Part shown: piece by piece, positions 9,943 through 20,240 of the stretch | Layout of the letters: each line of letters starts with the position of its first letter | Numbering within the stretch: position 1 is the stretch's first letter | Assembly (NCBI GenBank): GCA_965198115.1 | Contig: OZ240241.1 | Span: 3,648,001-3,712,000 of the forward strand | DNA length: 64,000 nt | From: Candidatus Latescibacterota bacterium | GTDB lineage: Bacteria; Latescibacterota; UBA2968 | Direction of reading: 5' to 3' | Notes under the pieces: generated by a model | The model's input: only the letters and a program-made list of their open reading frames with translations | Database searches by the model: none | Told to the model about the DNA's origin: nothing | Program-made: the position numbers and the translations under genes

Positions 9943-12417
9943 CTACTCGGCAGCCGCCGCTGCCTGGGGCTCAGAATACCCCTCCCCGGCACCCTCGTTC
10001 CGCGAATCCTTCTCCTCGTGTTGTTCCAGAGCTTGCAGGATCGCCGGTAGTACGACGACAGCTGCCACAAAGCACGTCACCAACCCGATCAAGGCCAACA
10101 CACCGATCGAATTGAGCCCGGGATGCGTGGCCATGCGGAGACCGAAAAAACCCACCATCGTCGTGAGCATGGACGCGAACATGGCGCCCCCTGTACTCCG
10201 GAGCACGAGACGCAAAGACCCGGGACCCTCTTCGCGATAACGGTGGTAGAGATGCACACCATTGTCGATACCCATCCCGATGATCGTCGGGAGCGCGACC
10301 ATGTTGTAAAAGTTCAGCTTCATCTTAAACAGATACATCACTCCACACATCCAGACAGCACCGCAGATCAGCGGAAACATCACCATCAGTGCTGGACGTA
10401 GGCCTCTGAAGTCCGCGATCACGATCAGGAAAACGACCGTCAAGGTCACGCCGATCGCGGTCGGACTGTCACGCAACATGAGCTGCAGCATGTCCGAAAA
10501 GACCATGCTTGCGCTAGACGAATAGACGACGTCGCCCTTTGCGGTCTGAATCTCCTGCGCGTCCTCGGCGAAGGCCATCGCGTTCTTCCCGTCGCGCAGT
10601 TGGACGTCAGGGTAAATGAACGCAAAGTGAGCCCGACTTCCGTCGATCGTCGAGAATTTCCGCAGAATCATCTTCGGCAGATCATCGATCGTCAAGAGTT
10701 CGACATCCAACAGATTCCTGAGTTCATTCAGACGCTCACGCTGCTCGCCTTTGATCAGGTCAGCACTGGGCCCATCCGTCAGATCTCGAAGCTCTCCGAT
10801 CAACTCCATTTTGTCGTCTTGGTCCTTAGGAAGGAAGGACCACAGAGTGCGCACCGTGTCGATCGTCGGGGTAGGGTCTTCATCTGCGATCTTTGCCTCT
10901 ACCGCGGTGACGATGTCGTCCAGTTGCGCCTTGTCTCTGGCCAGCACCAGGCTCGGCGACTGCGAAAGCTTATTGAAAGGAGAGATCGTCCTGATCTTGC
11001 GCTTCACATCGGCCGACGACGGAAGGTTCGAGCGCAAGTTCGTAAAGTCGTACTCGAACTGAATGTGGCGGAGGTTATACGCAAAGTAGATCGTCACGAT
11101 CACGCCGATCGCTAGCACGGTCTTCGCACGGGGGAACCGCCCTCGGGCCGTGTGCAGATCTCCGTGGCCCCAAACCGGTCGTGCGCGAACCAGACCGAGC
11201 TTTTCGTCTGCCAGAACGATAAACGCCGGCAAGACCGTCGTCATAGCGACCAGCGACATCAGGATACCCGTTCCCACGATGAAGCCGAACTCCGAAAAAC
11301 CTTTGAAGTCGGTGATCGTAAGAGAAAAGAATGCCATCGACGTCGTCAGCGCGGCCGTGAAGATCGCCTGCCCGGTTTGGATCAGCATCGTGTCGATCGC
11401 CGATCGCACGTCCACCCGACCGATGCGGTCTTCCAGATACCGGGCGAACATGTGAATCCCGAAGTCGATCCCCAGCCCGAACAGAATGACGAACAGGAAA
11501 GCCGTCATTGTGTTGAGGTTGCCGATTACCCAGTAGGTGATCGCAAACGCCCACATCAGTCCCATCGCCAGGGGCGTTGCAATAAAAAAGACAGCCAACG
11601 GCTGCCTGAAGTAAATCGTCAGAATCAGAAAGACGCCGACCACGCCGTAGATCAGCGTGGACCTCACATCCTTCATGATCACGTCGAATTCGTCGATCTT
11701 GTTCTTGTAAGTTCCCCCGTAGCGGACTTGCAGGTCTGAGTGGTAGGCGCCGGGGCCGACTCTCCCAACTGCGTCCCGCAGTGTACGGTGCATGGCCTTC
11801 GTGAATCCGATATTGCTGACCGTGCCCGCCGCTTCCACCTCGAGCGCGACGATCGATTTGTCCGGATTCGTGAAGTAAGTGTCGTCGCCGTTCTCGCTTT
11901 TGTATTTCGCCTCGATGTCACTAAAGTCGAGCGGCGCGTCGTCTGCGTCATCATCGAGCTGAATGAACAAGGGCGACAGCTTCAGCTTCTCCTGCGCGAT
12001 CCGGTCCTCGATGCGAATGAGGATTTCTTCCAGATCTTCAATATCCATGTAGAGCAGTGCGTGGTCTTTATAGAACTGAACATCCTTCTTGAAGCTCACG
12101 AAATTCACGTGTTCCCGATACGTGTCATTCTGCAATTCTGCAGCGAGCGCGTCCGCGAATCGTTTCAATGCGTCGAAGTCATCGCATTCGAGCAGAACGA
12201 TCATGCTCCCCACGCCACCCACGACGGCTTCGATTTCTTTCAGGGTCTGAACGCTCTTGTAGTTCTCGGGAATGAGCGCGGCGATATCCGTCTCGATATT
12301 CTTGACCAGCCTGACGACGTAAACGGAACTGATCGCCGTCAAGATGGTGGACAGAATCACGATCCACTTGTAGTGGTCGTAGGTGATCCTGGCCAGGCTG
12401 TGGAAAAACGTCTTCAT
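9943..12417 (-). CDS. MMPL/RND family transporter (HpnN-like)
   Basis: Two repeats of TM helix, large loop and five TM helices; GLGIDFGIH and GMGIDNGVH motifs. Confidence 0.9.
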   Translation of the reverse strand: MKTFFHSLARITYDHYKWIVILSTILTAISSVYVVRLVKNIETDIAALIPENYKSVQTLKEIEAVVGGVGSMIVLLECDDFDALKRFADALAAELQNDTYREHVNFVSFKKDVQFYKDHALLYMDIEDLEEILIRIEDRIAQEKLKLSPLFIQLDDDADDAPLDFSDIEAKYKSENGDDTYFTNPDKSIVALEVEAAGTVSNIGFTKAMHRTLRDAVGRVGPGAYHSDLQVRYGGTYKNKIDEFDVIMKDVRSTLIYGVVGVFLILTIYFRQPLAVFFIATPLAMGLMWAFAITYWVIGNLNTMTAFLFVILFGLGIDFGIHMFARYLEDRIGRVDVRSAIDTMLIQTGQAIFTAALTTSMAFFSLTITDFKGFSEFGFIVGTGILMSLVAMTTVLPAFIVLADEKLGLVRARPVWGHGDLHTARGRFPRAKTVLAIGVIVTIYFAYNLRHIQFEYDFTNLRSNLPSSADVKRKIRTISPFNKLSQSPSLVLARDKAQLDDIVTAVEAKIADEDPTPTIDTVRTLWSFLPKDQDDKMELIGELRDLTDGPSADLIKGEQRERLNELRNLLDVELLTIDDLPKMILRKFSTIDGSRAHFAFIYPDVQLRDGKNAMAFAEDAQEIQTAKGDVVYSSSASMVFSDMLQLMLRDSPTAIGVTLTVVFLIVIADFRGLRPALMVMFPLICGAVWMCGVMYLFKMKLNFYNMVALPTIIGMGIDNGVHLYHRYREEGPGSLRLVLRSTGGAMFASMLTTMVGFFGLRMATHPGLNSIGVLALIGLVTCFVAAVVVLPAILQALEQHEEKDSRNEGAGEGYSEPQAAAAAE

Positions 12418-13022
12418 CGATCGCCCTGCAACGGCGCCTCCTCTTCCTTCTTGAGCTTATCCCTCAGCTTCTTGACCAGCCCCTCGTACGAACTCTTGCG
12501 GATTTCTTTTCGAAATTGCGACCGGTTGTTTCGAGCGACGCTCAGATCATCGATCACCATGTCGTAGATCAGCCAGACGTCGTCACGTTTGTGCAGCCGG
12601 TAGGCAATGGTGCTCTGCTCCGTCTTGTAATGCACGATCGTTTCGACCGAACCTTCGTCACCTTCCTGCTCCTCGCCAACGTAGTCGACTCGCTCGGCTT
12701 TCTTATAAAGCTGAGGATCGGCATAGTTGCGCTCGATTAACCGTCGACACAGATCCGTGAAGTCTCGACGCTCGTCATCGGTTCGATCTTTCCAGTATCG
12801 TCCGAGTGAAAGCTCGCTGTAGCGGCGGAAGTCGAAAAGTCCGCTGACGATCGATCTGATCTGATCCCGCTCCGCAGGTGTTTCACCTCCGGTCGGAGAC
12901 CGGACGATCGATTCAATAGCCTGGTTGCGATCCCGAACCAGATCCAACAGCGGAGATGCCGATTCTGCGAAAGCCGCCCCGCCCGAAGACAGAAGGAGGA
13001 ATATACAGAAACGAGTCGCCAT
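12414..13022 (-). CDS. MlaC/Ttg2D/HpnM-like periplasmic lipid-binding protein
   Basis: Signal peptide; FDFRRYSELSLGRYW, WLIYDMVIDDLSVARNNRSQF. Confidence 0.88.
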   Translation of the reverse strand: MATRFCIFLLLSSGGAAFAESASPLLDLVRDRNQAIESIVRSPTGGETPAERDQIRSIVSGLFDFRRYSELSLGRYWKDRTDDERRDFTDLCRRLIERNYADPQLYKKAERVDYVGEEQEGDEGSVETIVHYKTEQSTIAYRLHKRDDVWLIYDMVIDDLSVARNNRSQFRKEIRKSSYEGLVKKLRDKLKKEEEAPLQGDR

Positions 13023-13144
13023 CTCAAATTTTCCTTGTTTTTAGAAGACTTACAGTCGATCCAGACGCACAAAGGGGAACCGTGCCGGTCGTCGTCCTGA
13101 AGACGAGCAAGCCTGGCAAAGGTTCCCCTTGGATTGCTCCGATG

Positions 13145-14608
13145 TTAGTCGGCCTTTTCGGTAATCAGCTCCGGTTCGGGAGTGGCCACCGAACGAGACG
13201 GCCAAAAACCTCGTGAACGCATCAGATGACCGGCGTAGATCAGGATCGATAACGTGATGAGGCTCGACCCGACAGCAAAAATCCAAAACATCGTCGCACG
13301 GGCATTCGCGAGCGCGAGAACAGCGAACAGGGCGGCGAAGAAATCACGCCGGCTGGCGAATTTCAGGTGGTGTGAAACCCGATGAAACCATCCGCGGCGT
13401 TCTTTAGGCACTTCGTCCAGGAACGTCTCGTTGAAACTCACAATGCTCCCGGATCCGGACAAACGCAGGTAGATGAAAACCAGCGATAGCGCCATAATCA
13501 ACGAGGCGATCACGAAGCACGAAAGAGTAAGCACGTTCGAGTCACCGGTGTATCGATACATCCCAACCGCGATCGCCACGAAGAACACGAAATAGGACAC
13601 GTTGTCAGCGACCGTGTCAACCCACTCCCCGAGGTTGGACCCCTGGAACTTGAGGTTCGCCACTTCCCCATCACATCCGTCGACGATGCTGGCGAACTGG
13701 AACAGAAGACCACCTGCCGCAAGGGACAGATACGAGGGATCCGCAATGAAGTAGGCCGCCACGAAGCTCACACACATCGTCAAGATCGAAATGTGGTTCG
13801 GCGTAAGCCGTGTTTTCACAAGCTGACGTGAAATGCGTGTGGAGAGTTTCCGATTGAAGTACTTCGACACGAGACCGTCGGTCGGTTTCCCCAGGTTGGC
13901 GATCAGCGCGTTTTCTGCGTGGATGTGTGATTCCGGCGTATCGACGTCCAGCCAGAACAGGTCGCCGATATCGGTCGTACGCATCCTCCCCTGTACGGCC
14001 AACTCCTGGATCCCCGCCGAAAGCGACTCCTCGCCTCGAGCAACTGCTGCCTCCAGCGCGTCGAACAACGTTGAGGAACAGGAAAATACGCCCGTGTCGA
14101 TCGCGTTGAAGTCCGTTAACGTCTTCCCGATTTCCTCGACCTGGTCCGCACTCACTCGCACTTTCGTCGCATCGTCCACGTCGAAAATGTCGTCGACGCG
14201 TCGATCGACACCGAGCGAACACTCACCGGCCGCCAGCGTCGTGTTCTGCATTACCACGAAAACGCCGGGATCGAGCAGATGGTCCGACATGGTCAGAATG
14301 AACGGCTCGTCACCCACCAGAGGCCTGGCAGCGAGAACCGACAGCCCGTTCCCTCTCTCCCAGTCCGCGTTGAAAACCCAGTCGATGCGCGTTTTGATCT
14401 GCGAATCCCCGGCAATCGCCTCTCGGATCTCATCCGAGCGGTGACCCGTCACAATGACGACACGCTCGATACCCGCCCGCTCCGCCGTCAGAATCGTACG
14501 CTTGAGTAAGCCGACGCCCGCAACGGCGACGAGCGGCTTGGGGAGGTGACTGTGGCCGTTCAAACGACTGCCCGCCCCCGCGGCGATGATGACGGCCTGC
14601 TTGACCAT
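13145..14608 (-). CDS. Bifunctional NTP transferase / CDP-alcohol phosphatidyltransferase (IPCT/DIPPS-like)
   Basis: IAAGAGSRL..PKPL at the N-terminus; DGCDGEVA..GEWVDTVAD CDP-alcohol phosphotransferase motif. Confidence 0.9.
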   Translation of the reverse strand: MVKQAVIIAAGAGSRLNGHSHLPKPLVAVAGVGLLKRTILTAERAGIERVVIVTGHRSDEIREAIAGDSQIKTRIDWVFNADWERGNGLSVLAARPLVGDEPFILTMSDHLLDPGVFVVMQNTTLAAGECSLGVDRRVDDIFDVDDATKVRVSADQVEEIGKTLTDFNAIDTGVFSCSSTLFDALEAAVARGEESLSAGIQELAVQGRMRTTDIGDLFWLDVDTPESHIHAENALIANLGKPTDGLVSKYFNRKLSTRISRQLVKTRLTPNHISILTMCVSFVAAYFIADPSYLSLAAGGLLFQFASIVDGCDGEVANLKFQGSNLGEWVDTVADNVSYFVFFVAIAVGMYRYTGDSNVLTLSCFVIASLIMALSLVFIYLRLSGSGSIVSFNETFLDEVPKERRGWFHRVSHHLKFASRRDFFAALFAVLALANARATMFWIFAVGSSLITLSILIYAGHLMRSRGFWPSRSVATPEPELITEKAD

Positions 14609-14641
14609 TGGATGGATCCTTTCGTTCCGTGAGTCTCGGCC

Positions 14642-16006
14642 TCAATGGGCCGACAAAACTGAACTGCCTGTTGCCAGGTTCAACGCGATCCAGGCCTTGT
14701 TGAACTTGTAGACGGCCTCGAAATACTTTCCTCGAATAATGCCGTACTCCTTCACCGCATCGATCAATTCACTCGCGTCCTCGAGTCCCGCATTGAACCC
14801 GTCCCGCGCCGAAAGAAACCAGCGGCGCGTCGCCCGCCGCGCCTTGCGTGCGGCAGTCACGTTCGCCTGCGCTTCGATCAGGTCGCGGTACGCGCGTTCG
14901 ATCTGAAGACTCGCTCCCATCGTCGCCAGCTCGCTCTGATACACCAGCTTGGCGTGTTCCAGCTTTGACTTCCGTGCCTTCGCCGATGTTTGTCCGAACG
15001 AAAGCGATTGCCGAAGCCCGATCACGGCGCCCGCCTGAAGGAAATTGAAATCGTCGCGCGCAAACGGACTCGACTGATCGTCACGATTGGGTGCGTAACC
15101 GTATCGAAAGCCTCCCGCCACGAACACCTGCGGGAAAAATTCGGCTCGAGCCGCCGACGCCTGAGCCTTGAGGACTCGAAGACCGGCCGCCAGTTGCTGT
15201 AGATCGTGCCGCTGCCGCGCACGATCCAGATACGACGAAAGCGGGGCAATGCCTGCGTCGACAGGCTGCAAGACCTCGTCAGCCAGAAGAATCGAATCTT
15301 CGGCTCCCAGCCCCATCAGCCGACGCAAAGCCGACGTGATCAGCGCCCTGCCTTTGACGACCTTGTTGCCGTTCTCTTCCACGTCGAACACGAATCGATC
15401 GAGCTTGAAGAGGTCCGTGTATGTGTAATCCCCTTCGTCGGCCTCGAGCGCCTCGTCGATTCGGTCTCGAGCCTTCCCGATTTCGGTTCGCGCCTCGTCG
15501 GCCAGATCGGAAAGGTGGTGAGCGAGCAACAGACCGAAGTAAGCCTCGGCAACCTGCGCCGTCAGCCTCTCCCGCGATCCGGCAACACCCGCCGTGCGGG
15601 CTTCGATCCCCGCCCTGGCGGCATCCCGCGCAGCCCCCAGTCGACCGAACGTGTAGAGCGGCTGAACGAACGTCAGCTCCGTTCGATTGAAGACACTCAG
15701 GTTCGAAAGGTTCGTCTCGCCACTGACCGCATCGCCACGTGCCTCCGGCGAAGGGCCCACCACCCACGTCAGGTCCAGCTTCGGGAGGTAGCGAACAGCC
15801 TCGGCCTGATCGGCCAGCGCCTGCGCGATCCGGAGATCCGCATCGGCCGCCCGAACCTCGGGGCTGACCGCAAGCGCAGCCTCCACGCACGCCCTCAGAT
15901 CGAAGGTCTCCGCGTGGGCGGGCTGAAGACCGAACGTGGAGCCCGTCGAGCAAACGGCGGAGATGAGGAACTGGACCCACCATAGGTGTGAAATTTTTCT
16001 ACACAT
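14642..16006 (-). CDS. TolC family outer membrane protein (start uncertain)
   Basis: Two OEP repeats (YLPKLDL..QPLYTFG; FFPQV..), VAEAYFGL, signal-like N-terminus. Confidence 0.82.
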   Translation of the reverse strand: MCRKISHLWWVQFLISAVCSTGSTFGLQPAHAETFDLRACVEAALAVSPEVRAADADLRIAQALADQAEAVRYLPKLDLTWVVGPSPEARGDAVSGETNLSNLSVFNRTELTFVQPLYTFGRLGAARDAARAGIEARTAGVAGSRERLTAQVAEAYFGLLLAHHLSDLADEARTEIGKARDRIDEALEADEGDYTYTDLFKLDRFVFDVEENGNKVVKGRALITSALRRLMGLGAEDSILLADEVLQPVDAGIAPLSSYLDRARQRHDLQQLAAGLRVLKAQASAARAEFFPQVFVAGGFRYGYAPNRDDQSSPFARDDFNFLQAGAVIGLRQSLSFGQTSAKARKSKLEHAKLVYQSELATMGASLQIERAYRDLIEAQANVTAARKARRATRRWFLSARDGFNAGLEDASELIDAVKEYGIIRGKYFEAVYKFNKAWIALNLATGSSVLSAH

Positions 16007-16140
16007 GTTGCGCTTTTGCAACGAAAACCTCCACACCGCACCCCGAATCGCCGATGGCGACCCCGGTGCAAGCGCACAGTCCCCTCCCCCCGCTTAGCCG
16101 AACCTAAGGGTGCGAAAGACGTGCCAGAAGTATGGGAATA

Positions 16141-17145
16141 TCAAGGACTTGGCGCCCCGGAGACCACAGGGGTCGTCGACTCGGGGCGCCGCCGGTTGAA
16201 GACCATAAGGCCGAATCCGACGGCGATCCAGAAGATCTTCCGAATCCGACGGATCAATCCCACCGAAAGACCCAGAGCGGGTTCGAGCCCGAGTAGGTGG
16301 AACAGGAAGACGTGTCCTCCCTCGAAGACACCCACACCGGAAGGGACGAAGAAGAAGGCCGCGTTGATGACCGAGGACAAGGAAGCCAGGAGGAAGGCGG
16401 TGGAAAACGGGAGGGGCTCGTTCAGGATCGTCAGGATGTAGTAGATCTCGAAGGCACCGAAGAACCAGCTGAGCAGATGAAACAGGAAGGACACGACGAA
16501 CCCGCGAGGGTTGCGTCGGTAGAAGGCCGCGATGTTACGATCCGTCTCCTCGATCTGCTCACGACGTCTTTCAAGAAACGTAAGACGCATTCGGTTCAGT
16601 AGATCGAGCAACCAACCGAAGGTGTTCTGGCGCTGTTTGACGAACGCGAGGACAACGACGACGGTACACACGATGAGCGCCAGAATCAGACCGAGCCGTA
16701 CCCGCTCATCGATTTCGAACACCAAAAATGCCACGAACGTTCCGGCCACGGCGAAAAGCAGTCCACTGATCGCTTCGATCGTCTTGTTCACCACGAGAGA
16801 GGGCAGACCTCGGGTCGCCGATATGCGGGCTCTGAGAATGTAAACCTTCGCGAGTTCACCGCCGACGTGTGAAGCCGGTGTCACGTTGCCCACCGCCTCG
16901 CCTACGAGCTTGATGTGAAAAAGCCGCCAGAACTCGGGGCGGTCCTCGTCGTCCTTGTCGAAGCACGCCTGCCAGGCGAAGGTATTGCTCAGGTGCCAGG
17001 AAACGGCGATCAGGATAGCCGGGATCACCTGCCATCCAAGATCCACGACACGGTTGACGACCTGGTCCAGCCCTATCTCGAGGATGAGCCCCGCGAGCAA
17101 CAGCAGACCGACGAGCCACAGGAGGATGCGAAGAGGTGTTTTCAA
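16141..17145 (-). CDS. Lysylphosphatidylglycerol synthase TM / flippase-like protein (HpnL-like)
   Basis: GEAVGNVTPASHVGGELAK, FFVPSGVGVFEGG, many TM helices. Confidence 0.85.
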   Translation of the reverse strand: MKTPLRILLWLVGLLLLAGLILEIGLDQVVNRVVDLGWQVIPAILIAVSWHLSNTFAWQACFDKDDEDRPEFWRLFHIKLVGEAVGNVTPASHVGGELAKVYILRARISATRGLPSLVVNKTIEAISGLLFAVAGTFVAFLVFEIDERVRLGLILALIVCTVVVVLAFVKQRQNTFGWLLDLLNRMRLTFLERRREQIEETDRNIAAFYRRNPRGFVVSFLFHLLSWFFGAFEIYYILTILNEPLPFSTAFLLASLSSVINAAFFFVPSGVGVFEGGHVFLFHLLGLEPALGLSVGLIRRIRKIFWIAVGFGLMVFNRRRPESTTPVVSGAPSP

Positions 17146-17200
17146 GCGGAACGCTCAGCAGGGAACCGTGGGGACCGGCCCGTTGGGCAAACAGAGGAGG

Positions 17201-18751
17201 TTAGTAGAGGCGCTGGATGATGTGGTAACCGACAGGGGTCTTTACGACGCCACTGACGTCCCCCGGCTCGAGCTCGAATGCCGCGGCTTCGAAGTCAGGA
17301 TTTAGATCTCCGCGTCGGAAGAATCCGATATCGCCCCCGTCTTGGCCGGAAGGATCGGTCGAATGCAACCTGGCCAACTCGTGGAAATCCTCGTCTCGTT
17401 CGAGAGCGACAAGCACCTGCCTGGCTTCGGCCTCGGTCGAGAGCACGATGTGCCTCACACGAATCTTGCCTTGCTCCAGGGACTTGACGGCTTCCAGATT
17501 GTCCTGAACCTCCGCGAGCTCACGAGCATCTTTCGACGTGTCCATCGCCCGCGTGTAAGCGCGTTTGGCACTGTCCCAATCCTTCCGCAGGGAGTGCAGG
17601 AATCCGATGTTGTTGTGGATGGTGGCGTCCGTCGAGTCCACCCGCAGGACTGCATCGTAAACGATCATCGCCGAATCCAAATGGCCCGACTCCACGAGCA
17701 AAACACCAAGACTCTTGTAAGGCTCGGTCCACTGGGGTTCGGCCTGGATACACAACAGGAACTGTTGCTTGGCCTCGTCCAACCGCCCGGCGTTTCGATA
17801 GAGAAACCCGAGCGTATGACGCGAAAGGGCTGCCCGGGGCTCGCGCGCCACGATCGCCTCGAACTGAGCCACGGCCGCTGGTTCATTGCCCTGATTGACA
17901 TACAACTGCCCCAGGGCATTTCTGACTTCGAGATCGTCGCCGTTCAACGAGACCGCGCGCTCCCAGGATTCCCTGGCCACCCGGAGAGACCCCACCTCCG
18001 TGGACATGAACCCGAGAGCCCGATGGACTTGAGGGTCCTCGGGCGCGACCGAAATCGCTCGTTCATACGTCTCGAATGCGCCAGCCAGATCTCCCTTTGT
18101 GTGCAGCACGCCTCCTCGGTTGACGAGAACCCCGGGATGATCAGGGGCCGCAGCGAGGGCACGGTCGAGAACGGCGAGGGCACGGTCGTGCGCCTGCGCG
18201 GCCGTCAGAATCAATGCGAGATTCTGATACGCCTCCAGGTTGTCGCCGTCGGCAGCGATGACCTTCTCGAGATCTGCTTCGGCCTGCTCGACCTTTGCTG
18301 CATTGCCGAATAACACGCCTCGCTGCATCAGGAGCGGCACGGGGTCGGGGACACGATCGACGCCTTTGCTCAAGACAGCGATCGCTTCCTGCAATTTCCC
18401 GACGCGGGCAAAGAGCACGGAGAGGTTTCGATAGCCGTCGGGCGACGTCGGATCCAGCTCGGTCACCCGAGTAAAGGCGCCGACGGCATCGGCGACACGC
18501 CCGGATTCGGTGTACATCGTCCCCAGGTAACCATAGGCATTCGCGCTGTCTGGATGGGCCGATACGTAGGTTTCACTCGCCGCCAGTGCGGAATCCAGGT
18601 GCCCCCTTCTGTAGTACATCTCGATCTCTGCCGAGTAGTCCTGACCCACAGCCGGCAGGCTGAGCCACAGCACGACTGCAAACGCCGGGGCTTGACGCAA
18701 CAGGTTCCTCCCTCTATACTCGCCCGCCTTTTTGGGTCGATTACACATCAC
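17201..18751 (-). CDS. TPR-repeat protein with C-terminal parvulin (PpiC) PPIase; true start probably downstream
   Basis: About 11 TPR-like repeats, then VRHIVL..FHELARLHSTDPS..GGDIGFF..GYHII. Confidence 0.85.
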   Translation of the reverse strand: MMCNRPKKAGEYRGRNLLRQAPAFAVVLWLSLPAVGQDYSAEIEMYYRRGHLDSALAASETYVSAHPDSANAYGYLGTMYTESGRVADAVGAFTRVTELDPTSPDGYRNLSVLFARVGKLQEAIAVLSKGVDRVPDPVPLLMQRGVLFGNAAKVEQAEADLEKVIAADGDNLEAYQNLALILTAAQAHDRALAVLDRALAAAPDHPGVLVNRGGVLHTKGDLAGAFETYERAISVAPEDPQVHRALGFMSTEVGSLRVARESWERAVSLNGDDLEVRNALGQLYVNQGNEPAAVAQFEAIVAREPRAALSRHTLGFLYRNAGRLDEAKQQFLLCIQAEPQWTEPYKSLGVLLVESGHLDSAMIVYDAVLRVDSTDATIHNNIGFLHSLRKDWDSAKRAYTRAMDTSKDARELAEVQDNLEAVKSLEQGKIRVRHIVLSTEAEARQVLVALERDEDFHELARLHSTDPSGQDGGDIGFFRRGDLNPDFEAAAFELEPGDVSGVVKTPVGYHIIQRLY

Positions 18752-18753
18752 GC

Positions 18754-19359
18754 ATGAGCCTACTTACCAAAAAACTGCCTACACTCGTCGCCATCAGTCT
18801 GTGCGCGGTTGTCTCTCTCCTGGCCTACCCGTATCTGCAAGCCCAGGTCCCCGTTCACTGGGGAGCTACCGGAAGCATCAACACCTACGCCGACGCAGAC
18901 ATCGCCGTTTACCTGAACCCTCTCGGCGCGTGTGTCGTGTTTCTGTTTTTCCTGCTCATTCCCTATGCCGACAGACGTCGGGTAGGACAACTCCGCAGAA
19001 TCGGTCTCTACGAACCCCTTCGGAACATCGCGGTGTTCGGTTTCTCCTATGCCCATTGCCTGGGCATGGGAATAGGAACCGGTCTGTTACCCGATCGGGC
19101 AAACTTCCTCGGCGGCCTGGCCGGCCTGCTGCTCGCCCTCCTCGGGTGGGAACTCCGTCTTCCAGCTCCACGGCGTCTGCCCCTCGCCGGACGTCTCCCC
19201 GACCAGGTCTGCCGCAGCCTCGGATCGGTAGCGCTGGTCGCCGGCATCGTTTCGGCGTCGCTCGCAACGCTGGGGGCTCCCCCGGCCACGTGGCTCGCCA
19301 TACTCTTCGGGACCACCCTGGGTTCGGCTCGTCGAGCGTGGCGGGAGATTCGAGCGTGA
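18754..19359 (+). CDS. DUF1648/SdpI-like membrane protein
   Basis: YPYLQAQVPVHWGATG motif, TM helices. Confidence 0.7.
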   Translation: MSLLTKKLPTLVAISLCAVVSLLAYPYLQAQVPVHWGATGSINTYADADIAVYLNPLGACVVFLFFLLIPYADRRRVGQLRRIGLYEPLRNIAVFGFSYAHCLGMGIGTGLLPDRANFLGGLAGLLLALLGWELRLPAPRRLPLAGRLPDQVCRSLGSVALVAGIVSASLATLGAPPATWLAILFGTTLGSARRAWREIRA

Positions 19360-20240
19360 ACGTTCAGAACGAACGACTGACGGCGGGGGCAGCCGGCCTC
19401 ACACTCTTAACGGCCATACTCTGGGGAGGGAACTCGGTCGCCATCAAAATAGCGCTGGCCGGGGTTCCGCCTCTGGCACTCGCTGGAGTCCGCTTCCTGC
19501 TGGGGGGTCTCTTTCTCACGGTGTGGTGCGTCATAAGCCGGACGACGATCCGTCCCGCGAACGGAGAAACACCACGTATCCTCCGCCTTCTGATCCTATT
19601 CGTTGCTCAGATCAGCCTGCTGAATGGGGGCACTGCGAACACGCTCGCCGCCCGATCCACCGTCTTCATTTCTGCTCACCCGTTCTTCACCGCCCTGTTC
19701 GCCCATTTGTTCATTCGAGGAGACCAGAGCGGAGCTACGCGCTTTTGGGGGATGGCGCTTTCCTTCTCGGGAGTGATTCTCGTCTTCGGCGAGAGTATCG
19801 CCCGGGCCGAGTGGACCTATCTGAAGGGCGACCTCATGGTCCTGCTCAGTGCGCTGCTCCTCGGTGCGCGTCAGGTCTACCTCAAACGGCTCGCCCAGGA
19901 TATCCTACCCGCACGGCTGCTCGTCTGGCAATCCGCTCTCAGTCTACCCGTCTTTTTCGGGGCAAGTTTTCTATTCGAACATATAGGGCAAGTCACGCTC
20001 CCGACTGACGTCATTCTTGGGATCTTCTACCAGGGCCTCGTGATCGCCGGTTTCTGCTTCCTCGTACTGACCAACCTTCTCAAACGCTATCGGGCGAGCC
20101 AGATCGGCGTCTTCGGATTCGTCACTCCCATCTTTGGGGTGATCCTCAGCAACCTGCTGTTAGGCGAACCGGTTTCACCGGGACTGCTCGGAAGTATGGT
20201 CCTGGTCGGTGCGGGCATCGCGTTGGCCAACCGCGACTAG
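19356..20240 (+). CDS. DMT/EamA transporter
   Basis: LWGGNSVAIK, PPLALAGVRF, TPIFGVILSNLLLGE. GTG start overlaps the previous stop. Confidence 0.9.
   Translation: MNVQNERLTAGAAGLTLLTAILWGGNSVAIKIALAGVPPLALAGVRFLLGGLFLTVWCVISRTTIRPANGETPRILRLLILFVAQISLLNGGTANTLAARSTVFISAHPFFTALFAHLFIRGDQSGATRFWGMALSFSGVILVFGESIARAEWTYLKGDLMVLLSALLLGARQVYLKRLAQDILPARLLVWQSALSLPVFFGASFLFEHIGQVTLPTDVILGIFYQGLVIAGFCFLVLTNLLKRYRASQIGVFGFVTPIFGVILSNLLLGEPVSPGLLGSMVLVGAGIALANRD

Noticed and set aside
18732-19355. N-terminal extension of the 502-aa ORF
   Set aside because: Overlaps the DUF1648 gene in another frame; the EamA domain starts at GTG 19356
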